From NCBI GenBank assembly GCA_038886995.1, contig JAWALG010000001.1, positions 14,635 to 46,634 of the forward strand: 32,000 nucleotides of DNA, written 5' to 3'. Shown piece after piece: positions 20,941-29,129 of the stretch. The notes under the pieces were generated by a model. That model saw nothing but the letters and a program-made list of their open reading frames with translations, was not told where the DNA came from and ran no database searches. This DNA is from Candidatus Iainarchaeum sp. (GTDB lineage Archaea; Iainarchaeota; Iainarchaeia; Iainarchaeales; DTGL01). A program made the position numbers and the translations under genes. Within the stretch, counting starts at the first letter, position 1, and every line of letters starts with the position of its first letter.

Positions 20941-22848
20941 TTATGCCTCCAAAAACATTGCTGGCTTTTTATTCTGCTTTGCTGCCTCTAAAACCTCATC
21001 TGGATTGGCGTAAAATGCCTTCATTATGCTGCCAACCTGGTTTATATCGCTTACGTTGTTGTTAAGCATCCACTCTATGATGTGGGCCCTACCATCAAGG
21101 TCTTCGGCAATTTCCTGTTCAGTGAGGCCTGTGTGCAGATTAATGTTCCCAACAAGCTTAGTTGGCTTGTTGAGCATATCCCACTTATCAGTCCTTGGAG
21201 ACCATTTGAATACAGTGTTTATTCGCAACTGTGCTCCTGTTGTTCCTGTCTCAATCTCGCAGATTTCATAGCTACGCCTTCTGTTCGTTTTCCTATCCCT
21301 GTACTGCACTAGTATGAGATCAAGACCTTCAACCTCTAGCGGAGGCAATGATATTGGTGGCTCCAGCAGGCGTCTTAAAACCTGTTGGCCTGAGTTTGCG
21401 TGCAGCGTACTGTATACGCTGTGGCCTGTGTGCAACGCTTCAAACAATACCTCTGCTTCTTTCTTCTTTCTTATCTCACCAAGGATTATTCTGTCAGGCC
21501 TCATCCTAAGTGAAGCATGCATAAGGTCAAGCATTTTAACCTCGCCAAGGCCTTCAGGGTTTGGGTTCCTTGTTGTCATTGGCACCCAGTTCCACTGAAG
21601 GTGGCTTGGAAGCATTATTTCGCGCACATCTTCTATTGAAATGATTCTGTGGTAGGGTGGCATGAAAACGCACAAGGCATTTAGCATTGCGGTTTTTCCT
21701 GAAGCCGTGCCGCCTGCAACAAGCATGCTCATTTCGTATTGCATTGCAAGCCAGAGCAAAGAGGCCATCTCTATGCTAAGCGTATGCCTTACGCCAATTA
21801 AATCAACAATTGTCCAAGGCCTTCTTGCAAAGCGCCTTATTGTTAAGGTGTTTCCAAAGGAAGATATTGGGAATAGAGAGGCATGGACCCTGTCGCCAGT
21901 AATTATGTGGGCATCGAGCAGCGGATTGAGCGTTGTTATCTCTCTGCCAACTTTCCTTGCAATTTGTGAAGCATAGTTTGCTATTGCATCCTCAGAAAGA
22001 GGCATTATATTTGTTCTCATCCAGCCGTATTCCTTGTGGTAAACAGTAATGTGCGTTTTAGAGGAATTTATTGCTACTTCTTCAAGGTCATTATCACCCA
22101 TTATTAGTTCAATTATGCCAAGGCCATACATTTCATGTAGAAGCAGCCCTGCAAGGATATCCTGAAGTTTAGGGTCTGAGCCGAAATACTCCTGAAGGAC
22201 CTTTTTGGCCTCATCAAAGTATCTTCTCTTGAGCTCTTGGCTTTTCTTAGTATCGGTTATTTCTGAAACCTCAACAGGCACGTGCTCAACAATTTTGTTC
22301 TTTATTTCATCAAGGAATATTTTAGTATAAGGCCTAAAGGTTGGCGGAATCAGGTTGTAGTAAAGCATTCGGTCCTCTGTGGAGCGAACAATTTCAACAC
22401 GCACTGGCACATTATCAACTGAATGTTTTTTTTGCTCAACTTTCTTGCCATCAAAAACAAAGAGTTTTGGTTCTGTAATAAGGGTAAGAAGCACGACCCT
22501 CGGGCGCTTGATGACTGTTGTGGGGTAAACAAGCTTTACAACGCTTGACATCTCAAGGATCCTGCCTATGTTTTCTACGGCATCTATGCTGAGACCAAGC
22601 TTGCTAGCGAGCTCATTCAAGGACGCGCTTTTCTTCACCTTGAGTATATCTACTAGAGAGTCAACTGGCGTAGTTATTGGGTCTCTTAAGTCGTCATAGT
22701 CATTTTGCTTTTTCTCTTTTTCTTCAGTTTGGTGCTTTGGGCTATAATAATGCTCTTCTTCCGCATTTGGTTCTTCCTTAGGCCTAAGTGGAAGAACAAT
22801 ACTTTGGCCTTCTTCTGAAGCTTTTACTATTTTGCTCTTTTTCTTCAC
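20941..22848 (-). CDS. type IV filament assembly ATPase (FlaI/ArlI/TadA-like) with an N-terminal charged region plus a wHTH-like domain
   Basis: Walker A is VAGGTASGKTAMLNAL, followed by IISIEDVREI. Walker B is RPDRIILGEIRKKKEAE and the His box is GHSVYSTLHAN. GTG start with AAGGTG 7 nt upstream. The N-terminal 120 aa are extra. Confidence 0.9.
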   Translation of the reverse strand: MKKKSKIVKASEEGQSIVLPLRPKEEPNAEEEHYYSPKHQTEEKEKKQNDYDDLRDPITTPVDSLVDILKVKKSASLNELASKLGLSIDAVENIGRILEMSSVVKLVYPTTVIKRPRVVLLTLITEPKLFVFDGKKVEQKKHSVDNVPVRVEIVRSTEDRMLYYNLIPPTFRPYTKIFLDEIKNKIVEHVPVEVSEITDTKKSQELKRRYFDEAKKVLQEYFGSDPKLQDILAGLLLHEMYGLGIIELIMGDNDLEEVAINSSKTHITVYHKEYGWMRTNIMPLSEDAIANYASQIARKVGREITTLNPLLDAHIITGDRVHASLFPISSFGNTLTIRRFARRPWTIVDLIGVRHTLSIEMASLLWLAMQYEMSMLVAGGTASGKTAMLNALCVFMPPYHRIISIEDVREIMLPSHLQWNWVPMTTRNPNPEGLGEVKMLDLMHASLRMRPDRIILGEIRKKKEAEVLFEALHTGHSVYSTLHANSGQQVLRRLLEPPISLPPLEVEGLDLILVQYRDRKTNRRRSYEICEIETGTTGAQLRINTVFKWSPRTDKWDMLNKPTKLVGNINLHTGLTEQEIAEDLDGRAHIIEWMLNNNVSDINQVGSIMKAFYANPDEVLEAAKQNKKPAMFLEA

Positions 22849-22892
22849 TTAAAACACCTTTAGTCAATATATCTCATACCATATTAATAAAC

Positions 22893-23738
22893 TTATCCGC
22901 TGAAAAGCGTAACTTCAGAAGACCATTTCGAGTTGCCCATAGCAATGTTGAGATCGCAAGGCCAATATATTCTGACTGGGTTTGTGGCTTTTATAGAAGC
23001 ACTAAGGTTTAAGTCCAAATTCCTTTCAGATAAGTTGTTTTGGACTCTTATTGCACCAGTCCCCCCAGCAATGCTTCCGAAAGAAACATTAATGTCTCCG
23101 CTTAAATCCTTGAATTTTATAATGTATTCTTTGTCATCAGAATTTGATGCATTGCAAACAGTTTCAAGAGGAAGTCCGCTGGCATCTCTCAACCTCAAAA
23201 TAATCTTTGTAGTGCCCAGGTCACAGCTCCACTCAATCGAATTTTCATCATCATAATAACCACCAGAGAAATAAAGATTTATGTCATAAGAGTAAGCTTC
23301 AGTATCAGATGATGGGGCATAAAATAGAACATAGTTTTCATCAATGCTGCGCACGTATCTGATTCCATTTGAAAATTGTAGCTCAGTGGAAGGAGTTAAG
23401 TTGCACATGGAAATTTTAACATTTCTCTTTTCGGAGTATGGCCCTTCAATGAATCCCTTCCAGGAGCTTATATTGCTGTGTGAGGTCTTTATTGGAATTG
23501 AATCTTGTATTTTTATCTCATAAGAGTTTGCAGAGCTTTCAGCAGATATTCTAAAGCCAAAGACGCTTTTTGTGTCTTCAGCAATATCTGAAGCAATGTC
23601 AGAAACCTTTAATGCAGATGTGCTCTCTAAAATAAGCTTTTGTTCTGCCTGGTTTGACCTTAAATAATATACTGATGCGATTAGAAGCACTGAAAGCAGT
23701 ATTGCAACTGAAATCGTAACAACAAAGCCCTTTTTCAA
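22893..23738 (-). CDS. pilin-like protein C1 (281 aa)
   Basis: The leader is MKKG|FVVTISVAILLSVLLIASVYY. A large beta-rich body follows, with 4 Cys. Confidence 0.6.
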   Translation of the reverse strand: MKKGFVVTISVAILLSVLLIASVYYLRSNQAEQKLILESTSALKVSDIASDIAEDTKSVFGFRISAESSANSYEIKIQDSIPIKTSHSNISSWKGFIEGPYSEKRNVKISMCNLTPSTELQFSNGIRYVRSIDENYVLFYAPSSDTEAYSYDINLYFSGGYYDDENSIEWSCDLGTTKIILRLRDASGLPLETVCNASNSDDKEYIIKFKDLSGDINVSFGSIAGGTGAIRVQNNLSERNLDLNLSASIKATNPVRIYWPCDLNIAMGNSKWSSEVTLFSG

Positions 23739-23744
23739 AAAAAA

Positions 23745-24158
23745 TCACCTGTACCAGGCAAGTACCTCTGCAAGGTATGCCTTTCCTGTTTTATTGGAGA
23801 AGAAGCTCCTCTTGTATGAGGCCCTCTCAGTATACTTTGAAATGCAGCCAACCTTGTATGTGCTAAAAAGCACACCGTTGATGTCTTCAGAGCTATAAAT
23901 CCTGATTTCAAGGCAAAGCCTCCGCGGAGAAACATTAATTATTGTACTAAGCTCAGTCATTTCATTTTCATCAATTGCTCTTTCGAAATAGCCGCCTTTT
24001 TCAAGAGCTGCCCCTATGTCGGAAGCGAAGTCGTAAAGTGCAGCGCTTTGGAAAGCGCTGAAGCTTATGCCTGAGAAATAAAATGTAACTATGCCGAGAA
24101 GAATCATTAGGACAGTAAGAGAGAACAATGCGTCCATTGAAAGTACAAAGCCCTTCAC
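23745..24158 (-). CDS. pilin-like protein C2 (137 aa)
   Basis: The leader is MKG|FVLSMDALFSLTVLMILLGIV. It shares an ATGA overlap with the upstream gene. Confidence 0.6.
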   Translation of the reverse strand: MKGFVLSMDALFSLTVLMILLGIVTFYFSGISFSAFQSAALYDFASDIGAALEKGGYFERAIDENEMTELSTIINVSPRRLCLEIRIYSSEDINGVLFSTYKVGCISKYTERASYKRSFFSNKTGKAYLAEVLAWYR

Positions 24159-24676
24159 TCAAAAACCCCCACATCCACAAAGACAACAGCATTGTTCAAA
24201 AGGCCTGCCCTACTGACCTTTGCAATCGCGGATTCCTGCGTTTCTGAAGCACCAATAGAATAAAGAGTGCTGCCTGAAGTATCAGTAACCTTAAGCACAA
24301 TATCGTATTTTTGCAATCCGAGAATTTCTTTTAGAAAAGCATAATTCTCATCAGCAAGCTTTTCAAAGCGTTTTATTTTTTCTTCTGATAGGACGTTCGG
24401 TTCTAAAGCTAGGCCTATTGCCTTGATGTTTTCATCTGGTAGTGTGTGCCAATTACTTGGAATTCCTTCGGAGACAACAAGCATTTGCGCTGTTCGCCTT
24501 GCAGCATATTCTCTGTCTTGAATTAGTTGGGCTTCATTGATGCGCATAGAAGCCAAGTTTGAATAACCGTAAACAATTACAAGCGCTGCCACAAACATTG
24601 CGGAAGCGAAGATAAAGTCGCTAGTGAAAAGCTGGCCTTTTTCACTGTGCGGCGGCAATTGAAATTCCTCCGCCAC
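24155..24676 (-). CDS. pilin-like protein C3 (173 aa)
   Basis: The leader is MAEEFQLPPHSEKG|QLFTSDFIFASAMFVAALVIV. Its start lies 35 nt inside the upstream gene. Confidence 0.6.
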   Translation of the reverse strand: MAEEFQLPPHSEKGQLFTSDFIFASAMFVAALVIVYGYSNLASMRINEAQLIQDREYAARRTAQMLVVSEGIPSNWHTLPDENIKAIGLALEPNVLSEEKIKRFEKLADENYAFLKEILGLQKYDIVLKVTDTSGSTLYSIGASETQESAIAKVSRAGLLNNAVVFVDVGVFE

Positions 24677-25034
24677 TGTTTTTTATGAGTAGCTCTTTGC
24701 CCTGTACTGCTTGCGGTGCGTTAACATCCGGCGCAATTATAAATTCACTTACATACTGGCCTTGCCATTCAACGAAAACCCTGTTCTTAGCAAAAGATAT
24801 GTTGTAGTCGCCAAAACTCCTGAGAAAAAGTGATTTTTCCGTGCCATTGCCGCCAAGATAAACTGCATTTATTTCAGATGCAAGTGTCCTTGCAAGAAGC
24901 TTTGCTTCCTGGGTCTTTTTAGATTGCATAAAAACATCGTGCTGGCCTGATGCAACCGAAAGCGAAAAAACAAAAATCAATAAAAAAAAGGAAAGAAGAA
25001 CCATAAATTCAACAGACGCCTGAGCTTTTTGCAA
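24642..25034 (-). CDS. class III signal peptide pilin C4 (130 aa)
   Basis: TTG start with AAGGTGA 4-5 nt upstream. The leader is (M)QKA|QASVEFMVLLSFFLLIF. Confidence 0.7.
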   Translation of the reverse strand: MQKAQASVEFMVLLSFFLLIFVFSLSVASGQHDVFMQSKKTQEAKLLARTLASEINAVYLGGNGTEKSLFLRSFGDYNISFAKNRVFVEWQGQYVSEFIIAPDVNAPQAVQGKELLIKNSGGGISIAAAQ

Positions 25035-25055
25035 AAGGTCACCTTAAATATTTTA

Positions 25056-27233
25056 TCAGCCACATTTGTAGTCGATAGGCCATGGTGGCGTTGTCAATAT
25101 GCTCCCATCCGAAAACATAAAGTGAATTGTAAACACGTCGTTTGAATTTATAGTGCCATCAAAAGTGATTTTTGATGTTTGAGACCTTATGACTTCTCCA
25201 GACTCTATTACAAATCCACCCCCATCTTTTATTGGGAACCACGCTCCAGGTGGTGCTTTGCCATTTTTCAAAACACCATTCTCATCAAAGTACTTTTTAC
25301 CGTCATATATCGTTACTTGGTTTTTTATAAAAAAACTCACAGATGCTACTTTAGCATTACTGTTAAAATCTACTTTCATTCTTATTAGATTTAGATCTAC
25401 TGGATAACTGTTCCAAAAAGTCCACCATTCGAGACCGCCACTGCTGCTTATACAAGCTGGCGACCATGAGAAGTTTAACATGTCAGCGTATGTTGCAATC
25501 TTTATGCTCAAATTAGAGTCATCAATGTTTGCATTGCTCTGGCCTGTGATATTAGCATTAAATTGGCCCGTTGCATTTTTGTTTGCGTCAACCCTGACTG
25601 TTATAAGATTGCAGTCGCCACCTTGCAAAACACCTAAGCTTGAAGGTTCTAATGAAATGGAGATCAAATTGTTTGGATCATTAAATACTTGGTAGGAAAA
25701 GTTTGCATACTGAAGCGGACTGAAGCCGGTGTTGCAAGCAAAAATCTCAAGCTCTTGCGCGGAATCTGGAAGCATAGTGAATATTGTAACCTGCTGCCTT
25801 TCTGGGAAAAGCGATAGGAAGCCGTTTTTGTCTGGCAGTGACAGAGTCCTTATTGAAATCCTTGATGTGTCAGAGTTTATGCTGCTTAGGCCTTCGATAA
25901 GGCCATTGTAGTCGCCATTTGCATCTTGTGGTACGCTTATTGTTATTTTTACAGGTTCACAGGCTCCTCTCTGAAGAGGCGCAATGTTTGTTGGGCTTAT
26001 TGAAACCCAGTCATTTGCGTCGCGCTCCATTGAGCGCAAAAGGTTAACATCATCAAGGTCTTTAAGCCCTAAGTTGCAAGCATAGATATTGACATCCTCA
26101 GTAGAGCCCTTAAATATTGAAAGTGGATAATAGTCCGGGAAAAGGTACAGTTCGCCATCTTCTTCTGGTAAGGTAAGAACCTTTATAATAAGCACAGATG
26201 AGTCACTGTTAACACTGCTATTGCCATAAACTGTGCCAGTATAAATGCCATTTGCATCATTTGGAACAGCCATGGTTACTTTAACAGGCATACAACTTTC
26301 TCTCACCAGGGGGGTAATATTTGAGGGGCTAAGTGATATCCAACTGTTTGCGTTGCGGTCCATTGAAATGGAAAGGGTCACACTATTTAGGTCTTCCATG
26401 CCAACATTACATGCGTAAAAATTGATGTCTTGCGTAGAGCCAGCCAATATTGATATAGGGTATTGTTCAGGGTAAAGTTCAAGCCAAGCTTTCTTTATTA
26501 TTGTAGCGGAAACTTCTATTGTTACAGGCACAAATATCTCGTGTGTTTGGTTTGGGGTTATTGCAGTAAAAACTAATGATCCGGGATAAGCGCCTGCTGC
26601 AAACGCATCCGAATAGAAGTTTATGTCAAGTGTCTTTGAGCTACCTGGCTCAAGTTCAAAAGATGAGGTGTTTATATCAAAGTTTGCGTGCGTATGGCTC
26701 CAATTCTTAACTAAAGAAACCTGCGCTTTGCCATCGCCATCATTGTATATTGTGATTGTTTCCTGCTTGTCGCCACCTCTGGAAATATGCACAAAAAGTG
26801 ATGTCTTGTCAAGGTAGATTTCCTCAAGGCCGAAAACAACATAGCCCTCCTTTGCCTCAACCCATACGCGGTGCTCTCCTGGCTTCAGAGGTATTGTGCC
26901 TACTAAGTTAGCATCTCCTTTGGCATAGATATCACTGCCGGCAACATTGAACACTATGCTTGTACCTTCAATGCCGCTTTTGCTTGGGTCAATTGCGCTT
27001 GGCACTGAAAAGAAAACCCTTTTTCGTGCACCTTCGCCTTGCCTATAAACATCATTTGCCGCGTTTATAAGGTCATTGACACTTGTAAGCGCAATCTGCT
27101 GTTGTCTCTCGAGCTGAATCTCGGATAATGAAGTGTTAGAGTATGCAATTATGGCTATAAGAATAACAAGGCCAACTGCAAGGATAACCATAACCTCAAC
27201 TGAGCTTTGGCCTTTTGAACTTTTTGAAAACAT
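25056..27233 (-). CDS. giant class III signal peptide pilin-adhesin (725 aa) with tandem beta-sandwich repeats
   Basis: I preferred the ATG at 27233 over the GTG at 27242. The leader is MFSKSSKG|QSSVEVMVILAVGLVILIAIIAY. After it come one related domain, three about 111-aa repeats and a distinct 143-aa C-terminal domain ending ...IDYKCG. Confidence 0.8.
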   Translation of the reverse strand: MFSKSSKGQSSVEVMVILAVGLVILIAIIAYSNTSLSEIQLERQQQIALTSVNDLINAANDVYRQGEGARKRVFFSVPSAIDPSKSGIEGTSIVFNVAGSDIYAKGDANLVGTIPLKPGEHRVWVEAKEGYVVFGLEEIYLDKTSLFVHISRGGDKQETITIYNDGDGKAQVSLVKNWSHTHANFDINTSSFELEPGSSKTLDINFYSDAFAAGAYPGSLVFTAITPNQTHEIFVPVTIEVSATIIKKAWLELYPEQYPISILAGSTQDINFYACNVGMEDLNSVTLSISMDRNANSWISLSPSNITPLVRESCMPVKVTMAVPNDANGIYTGTVYGNSSVNSDSSVLIIKVLTLPEEDGELYLFPDYYPLSIFKGSTEDVNIYACNLGLKDLDDVNLLRSMERDANDWVSISPTNIAPLQRGACEPVKITISVPQDANGDYNGLIEGLSSINSDTSRISIRTLSLPDKNGFLSLFPERQQVTIFTMLPDSAQELEIFACNTGFSPLQYANFSYQVFNDPNNLISISLEPSSLGVLQGGDCNLITVRVDANKNATGQFNANITGQSNANIDDSNLSIKIATYADMLNFSWSPACISSSGGLEWWTFWNSYPVDLNLIRMKVDFNSNAKVASVSFFIKNQVTIYDGKKYFDENGVLKNGKAPPGAWFPIKDGGGFVIESGEVIRSQTSKITFDGTINSNDVFTIHFMFSDGSILTTPPWPIDYKCG
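25488..26483 (-). repeat. three intragenic tandem repeats of about 333 nt (111 aa each) within the giant pilin
   Basis: Positions use track-ORF numbering. They are aa 254-364 (LELYPEQYPISILAGSTQDINFYACNVG...), 365-475 (LYLFPDYYPLSIFKGSTEDVNIYACNLG...) and 476-585 (LSLFPERQQVTIF...EIFACNTG...). Repeats 1 and 2 share 60 of 111 identical positions in my hand alignment. Confidence 0.85.
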
Positions 27234-27297
27234 ACTTAACACTATTATTATAACAATAGGAAGTTATTAATAATAACGATTATTGCAAATAGCCAAC

Positions 27298-28248
27298 TTA
27301 GAAAATCTCAACATCTGGGTAGACCTTTATTCCGTTTGCTTCAAAGTCCAATGCAAGAACCTTATTTGTGTGCCTTGTGCCGCGCATCTTCAATATTTCG
27401 CAACAATGAACTCTAGGCCCTTTTTCGCCTTCTTTTCTGTAATACAAAGCAATAATTGCATCTGAAAGGAAGCCAAGCGAATCTGCCTTTGTCAGATGCG
27501 TGTCAGCAGGTGTTTCAGAAATTACAATGGTTGTGGTCCCCCATTTATGCAACAGATCAAAAAATTCAAGTATGCTTTGCCTTTTCACATATTCATCATG
27601 GAACAAAAGCGCATATGAAGTTATTGAATCAACAACAAGGCGTTTGGCACCAATTTCATTTATTGCATCCTTTATTGGGCCACCACCCTCCTTCATCAGT
27701 TTTTCAACCTGGTGCGGCCTATACTCCAAAACTCTCAAAAGATTCTTCTGCTCCAAAGCCCTAAAATCCCAACCAAAAACAAGCGCATGCCTATAAAGTG
27801 ACTCCTTGTCTTCTTCAAAGGTTATGTAAATGCCTGGCTCTTTGCTTACAGTAATGCCATAGTACAAAAACTGAAGTGCAAATATTGTCTTGCCTGTGCC
27901 TGGCGCACCAACAAAAAGCACTACTGAACCTTTTTCAAAGCCACCCTCAATTAGCTCATCAAATGACTCAACACCCGTGGAAACCCTTTCTATAACTTTT
28001 TGCGCTGGCTTATTCTCTGGAATTTTTATTTCACCTAACTGCTGTGCGCTCTTGCCTAATATAACATTATCAAACTTTCGTGCTTGCTGAACCTGCTGTG
28101 CTGCTTCCTGCTTGGCCTCTTTTTTTGCAAGGTCTTCTGGCTTTATCTCTTGAAGCATCTCTTCCTTTTTTGAGCCCTCTTGCTTGTGTTCAGCACCAAA
28201 GGATTGAAATATTTTGCCAATGCCTTCTTTCTCTTGTTTTTCTGGCAT
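27298..28248 (-). CDS. single-domain KaiC/RadA-like (COG0467-type, ArlH/FlaH-like) ATPase with a disordered K/E/Q-rich N-terminal extension
   Basis: RVSTGVESFDELIEGGFEKGSVVLFVGAPGTGKTIFALQFLYYG contains the Walker A. Walker B is RLVVDSITS, followed by TTIVISE. A GGTG SD lies 6 nt upstream. It is the first gene of the locus C operon. Confidence 0.8.
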   Translation of the reverse strand: MPEKQEKEGIGKIFQSFGAEHKQEGSKKEEMLQEIKPEDLAKKEAKQEAAQQVQQARKFDNVILGKSAQQLGEIKIPENKPAQKVIERVSTGVESFDELIEGGFEKGSVVLFVGAPGTGKTIFALQFLYYGITVSKEPGIYITFEEDKESLYRHALVFGWDFRALEQKNLLRVLEYRPHQVEKLMKEGGGPIKDAINEIGAKRLVVDSITSYALLFHDEYVKRQSILEFFDLLHKWGTTTIVISETPADTHLTKADSLGFLSDAIIALYYRKEGEKGPRVHCCEILKMRGTRHTNKVLALDFEANGIKVYPDVEIF

Positions 28249-28325
28249 AAAAGCACCAATAACGCTGAGAAATATTAAAGGAATAATTAAAGAAATATAT
28301 TGAAATTAAATGCAAAATAATTAAA

Positions 28326-28343
28326 ATACCAAAACTTTGGTAT
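28326..28343. promoter_or_regulatory. 18-bp perfect palindrome ATACCAAA-AC-TTTGGTAT between the Lrp-like gene and the KaiC-like gene
   Basis: Read directly from the sequence. On the minus strand it sits 14 nt after the regulator stop and is followed by TTTTAATTATTTT. It lies about 80 nt upstream of the KaiC-like ATG. Confidence 0.4.
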
Positions 28344-28356
28344 TTCTCTGTAAATC

Positions 28357-28893
28357 TTATTTCTCTTCTACACGCTTTATAAGCTCTATTATTGACTTTG
28401 TTCTGGAAGCGCTTTTATAAACTGGCTCGGTTGTGAAAAACATGTTTCGGTCCCTTATGAAGTTATATATCCCTGGAATGCTCTCGTAGTAGTAGCTTTC
28501 AATGTGCTTCCTGTAGGACTCAACATCTTTGTAGACATGCCTTGTAAGTAGATTCCAATTGCCAGAACCAAGCATTCCAGAAAACCAGTAAAGGTGATGG
28601 TCCTGCATTGCCTTATCAATGAATGCATTAAATGCTTCTTTTTGCGATAGGTCTGCTTGAAGAAGCATCGTTACCTCAAGGTTATAGCCAAGTGACCTGA
28701 AATTTATTTTTGGACCATAACCCTGTATGATGCCTGCTTTATTGAGGAAGTCCAAGGAACTGATTATTGTTGCCTTGTGGAAGCCAGTATGCTTCTTTAT
28801 TCGCTCTATGCTTGGTCTTACAGACCCCTCTTTGAGAAGAGCTTCAAGAATCTTAACACGCACAGGGTCAACAACAGATTTTTTTAATACCAT
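28357..28893 (-). CDS. Lrp/AsnC-like transcription regulator (wHTH plus ligand-binding-like domain, 178 aa)
   Basis: The start is at the internal MVLKKSVVDP, because the TATA-like TTTATAA lies inside the longer track ORF. VRVKILEALLKEGSVRPSIERIKKHTGFHKATIISSLDFLNKAGIIQGYGPKINFRSLGYNLEVTMLLQ fits the Lrp/AsnC HTH-to-RAM transition. Confidence 0.6.
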   Translation of the reverse strand: MVLKKSVVDPVRVKILEALLKEGSVRPSIERIKKHTGFHKATIISSLDFLNKAGIIQGYGPKINFRSLGYNLEVTMLLQADLSQKEAFNAFIDKAMQDHHLYWFSGMLGSGNWNLLTRHVYKDVESYRKHIESYYYESIPGIYNFIRDRNMFFTTEPVYKSASRTKSIIELIKRVEEK

Positions 28894-29129
28894 AACATCA
28901 CCAATATGATATAATAGTACATTAATAACAGTTATAAATGTTATTTTTTTACATATCAATTCGATGAATTGCTTTATATGGGTTAGTTAATAATATATAC
29001 GCAAAACCAAAAGGAGGGTTGTTGCAAGAACCAAAGTCGGTTAGAGGGATGGGGCAGCTCACCAGGCTAAAATGGTTTCTGAAGAGGCCCCTTCTTCCTC
29101 TAATACTTTTTCTAATATAAGTGGCCAGT

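Noticed and set aside
28960-29129. Possible small structured RNA or micro-ORF (GGGGC...GCCCC stem; TTG/ATG-initiated peptide of 23-34 aa) between the lipoprotein gene and the Lrp-like gene
   Set aside because: The stems are only short (5 bp) with long loops. I saw no tRNA-like T-loop or known motif. The region is adequately explained as the lipoprotein 3' region plus the Lrp-like gene promoter. It cannot be supported without covariation or expression data.
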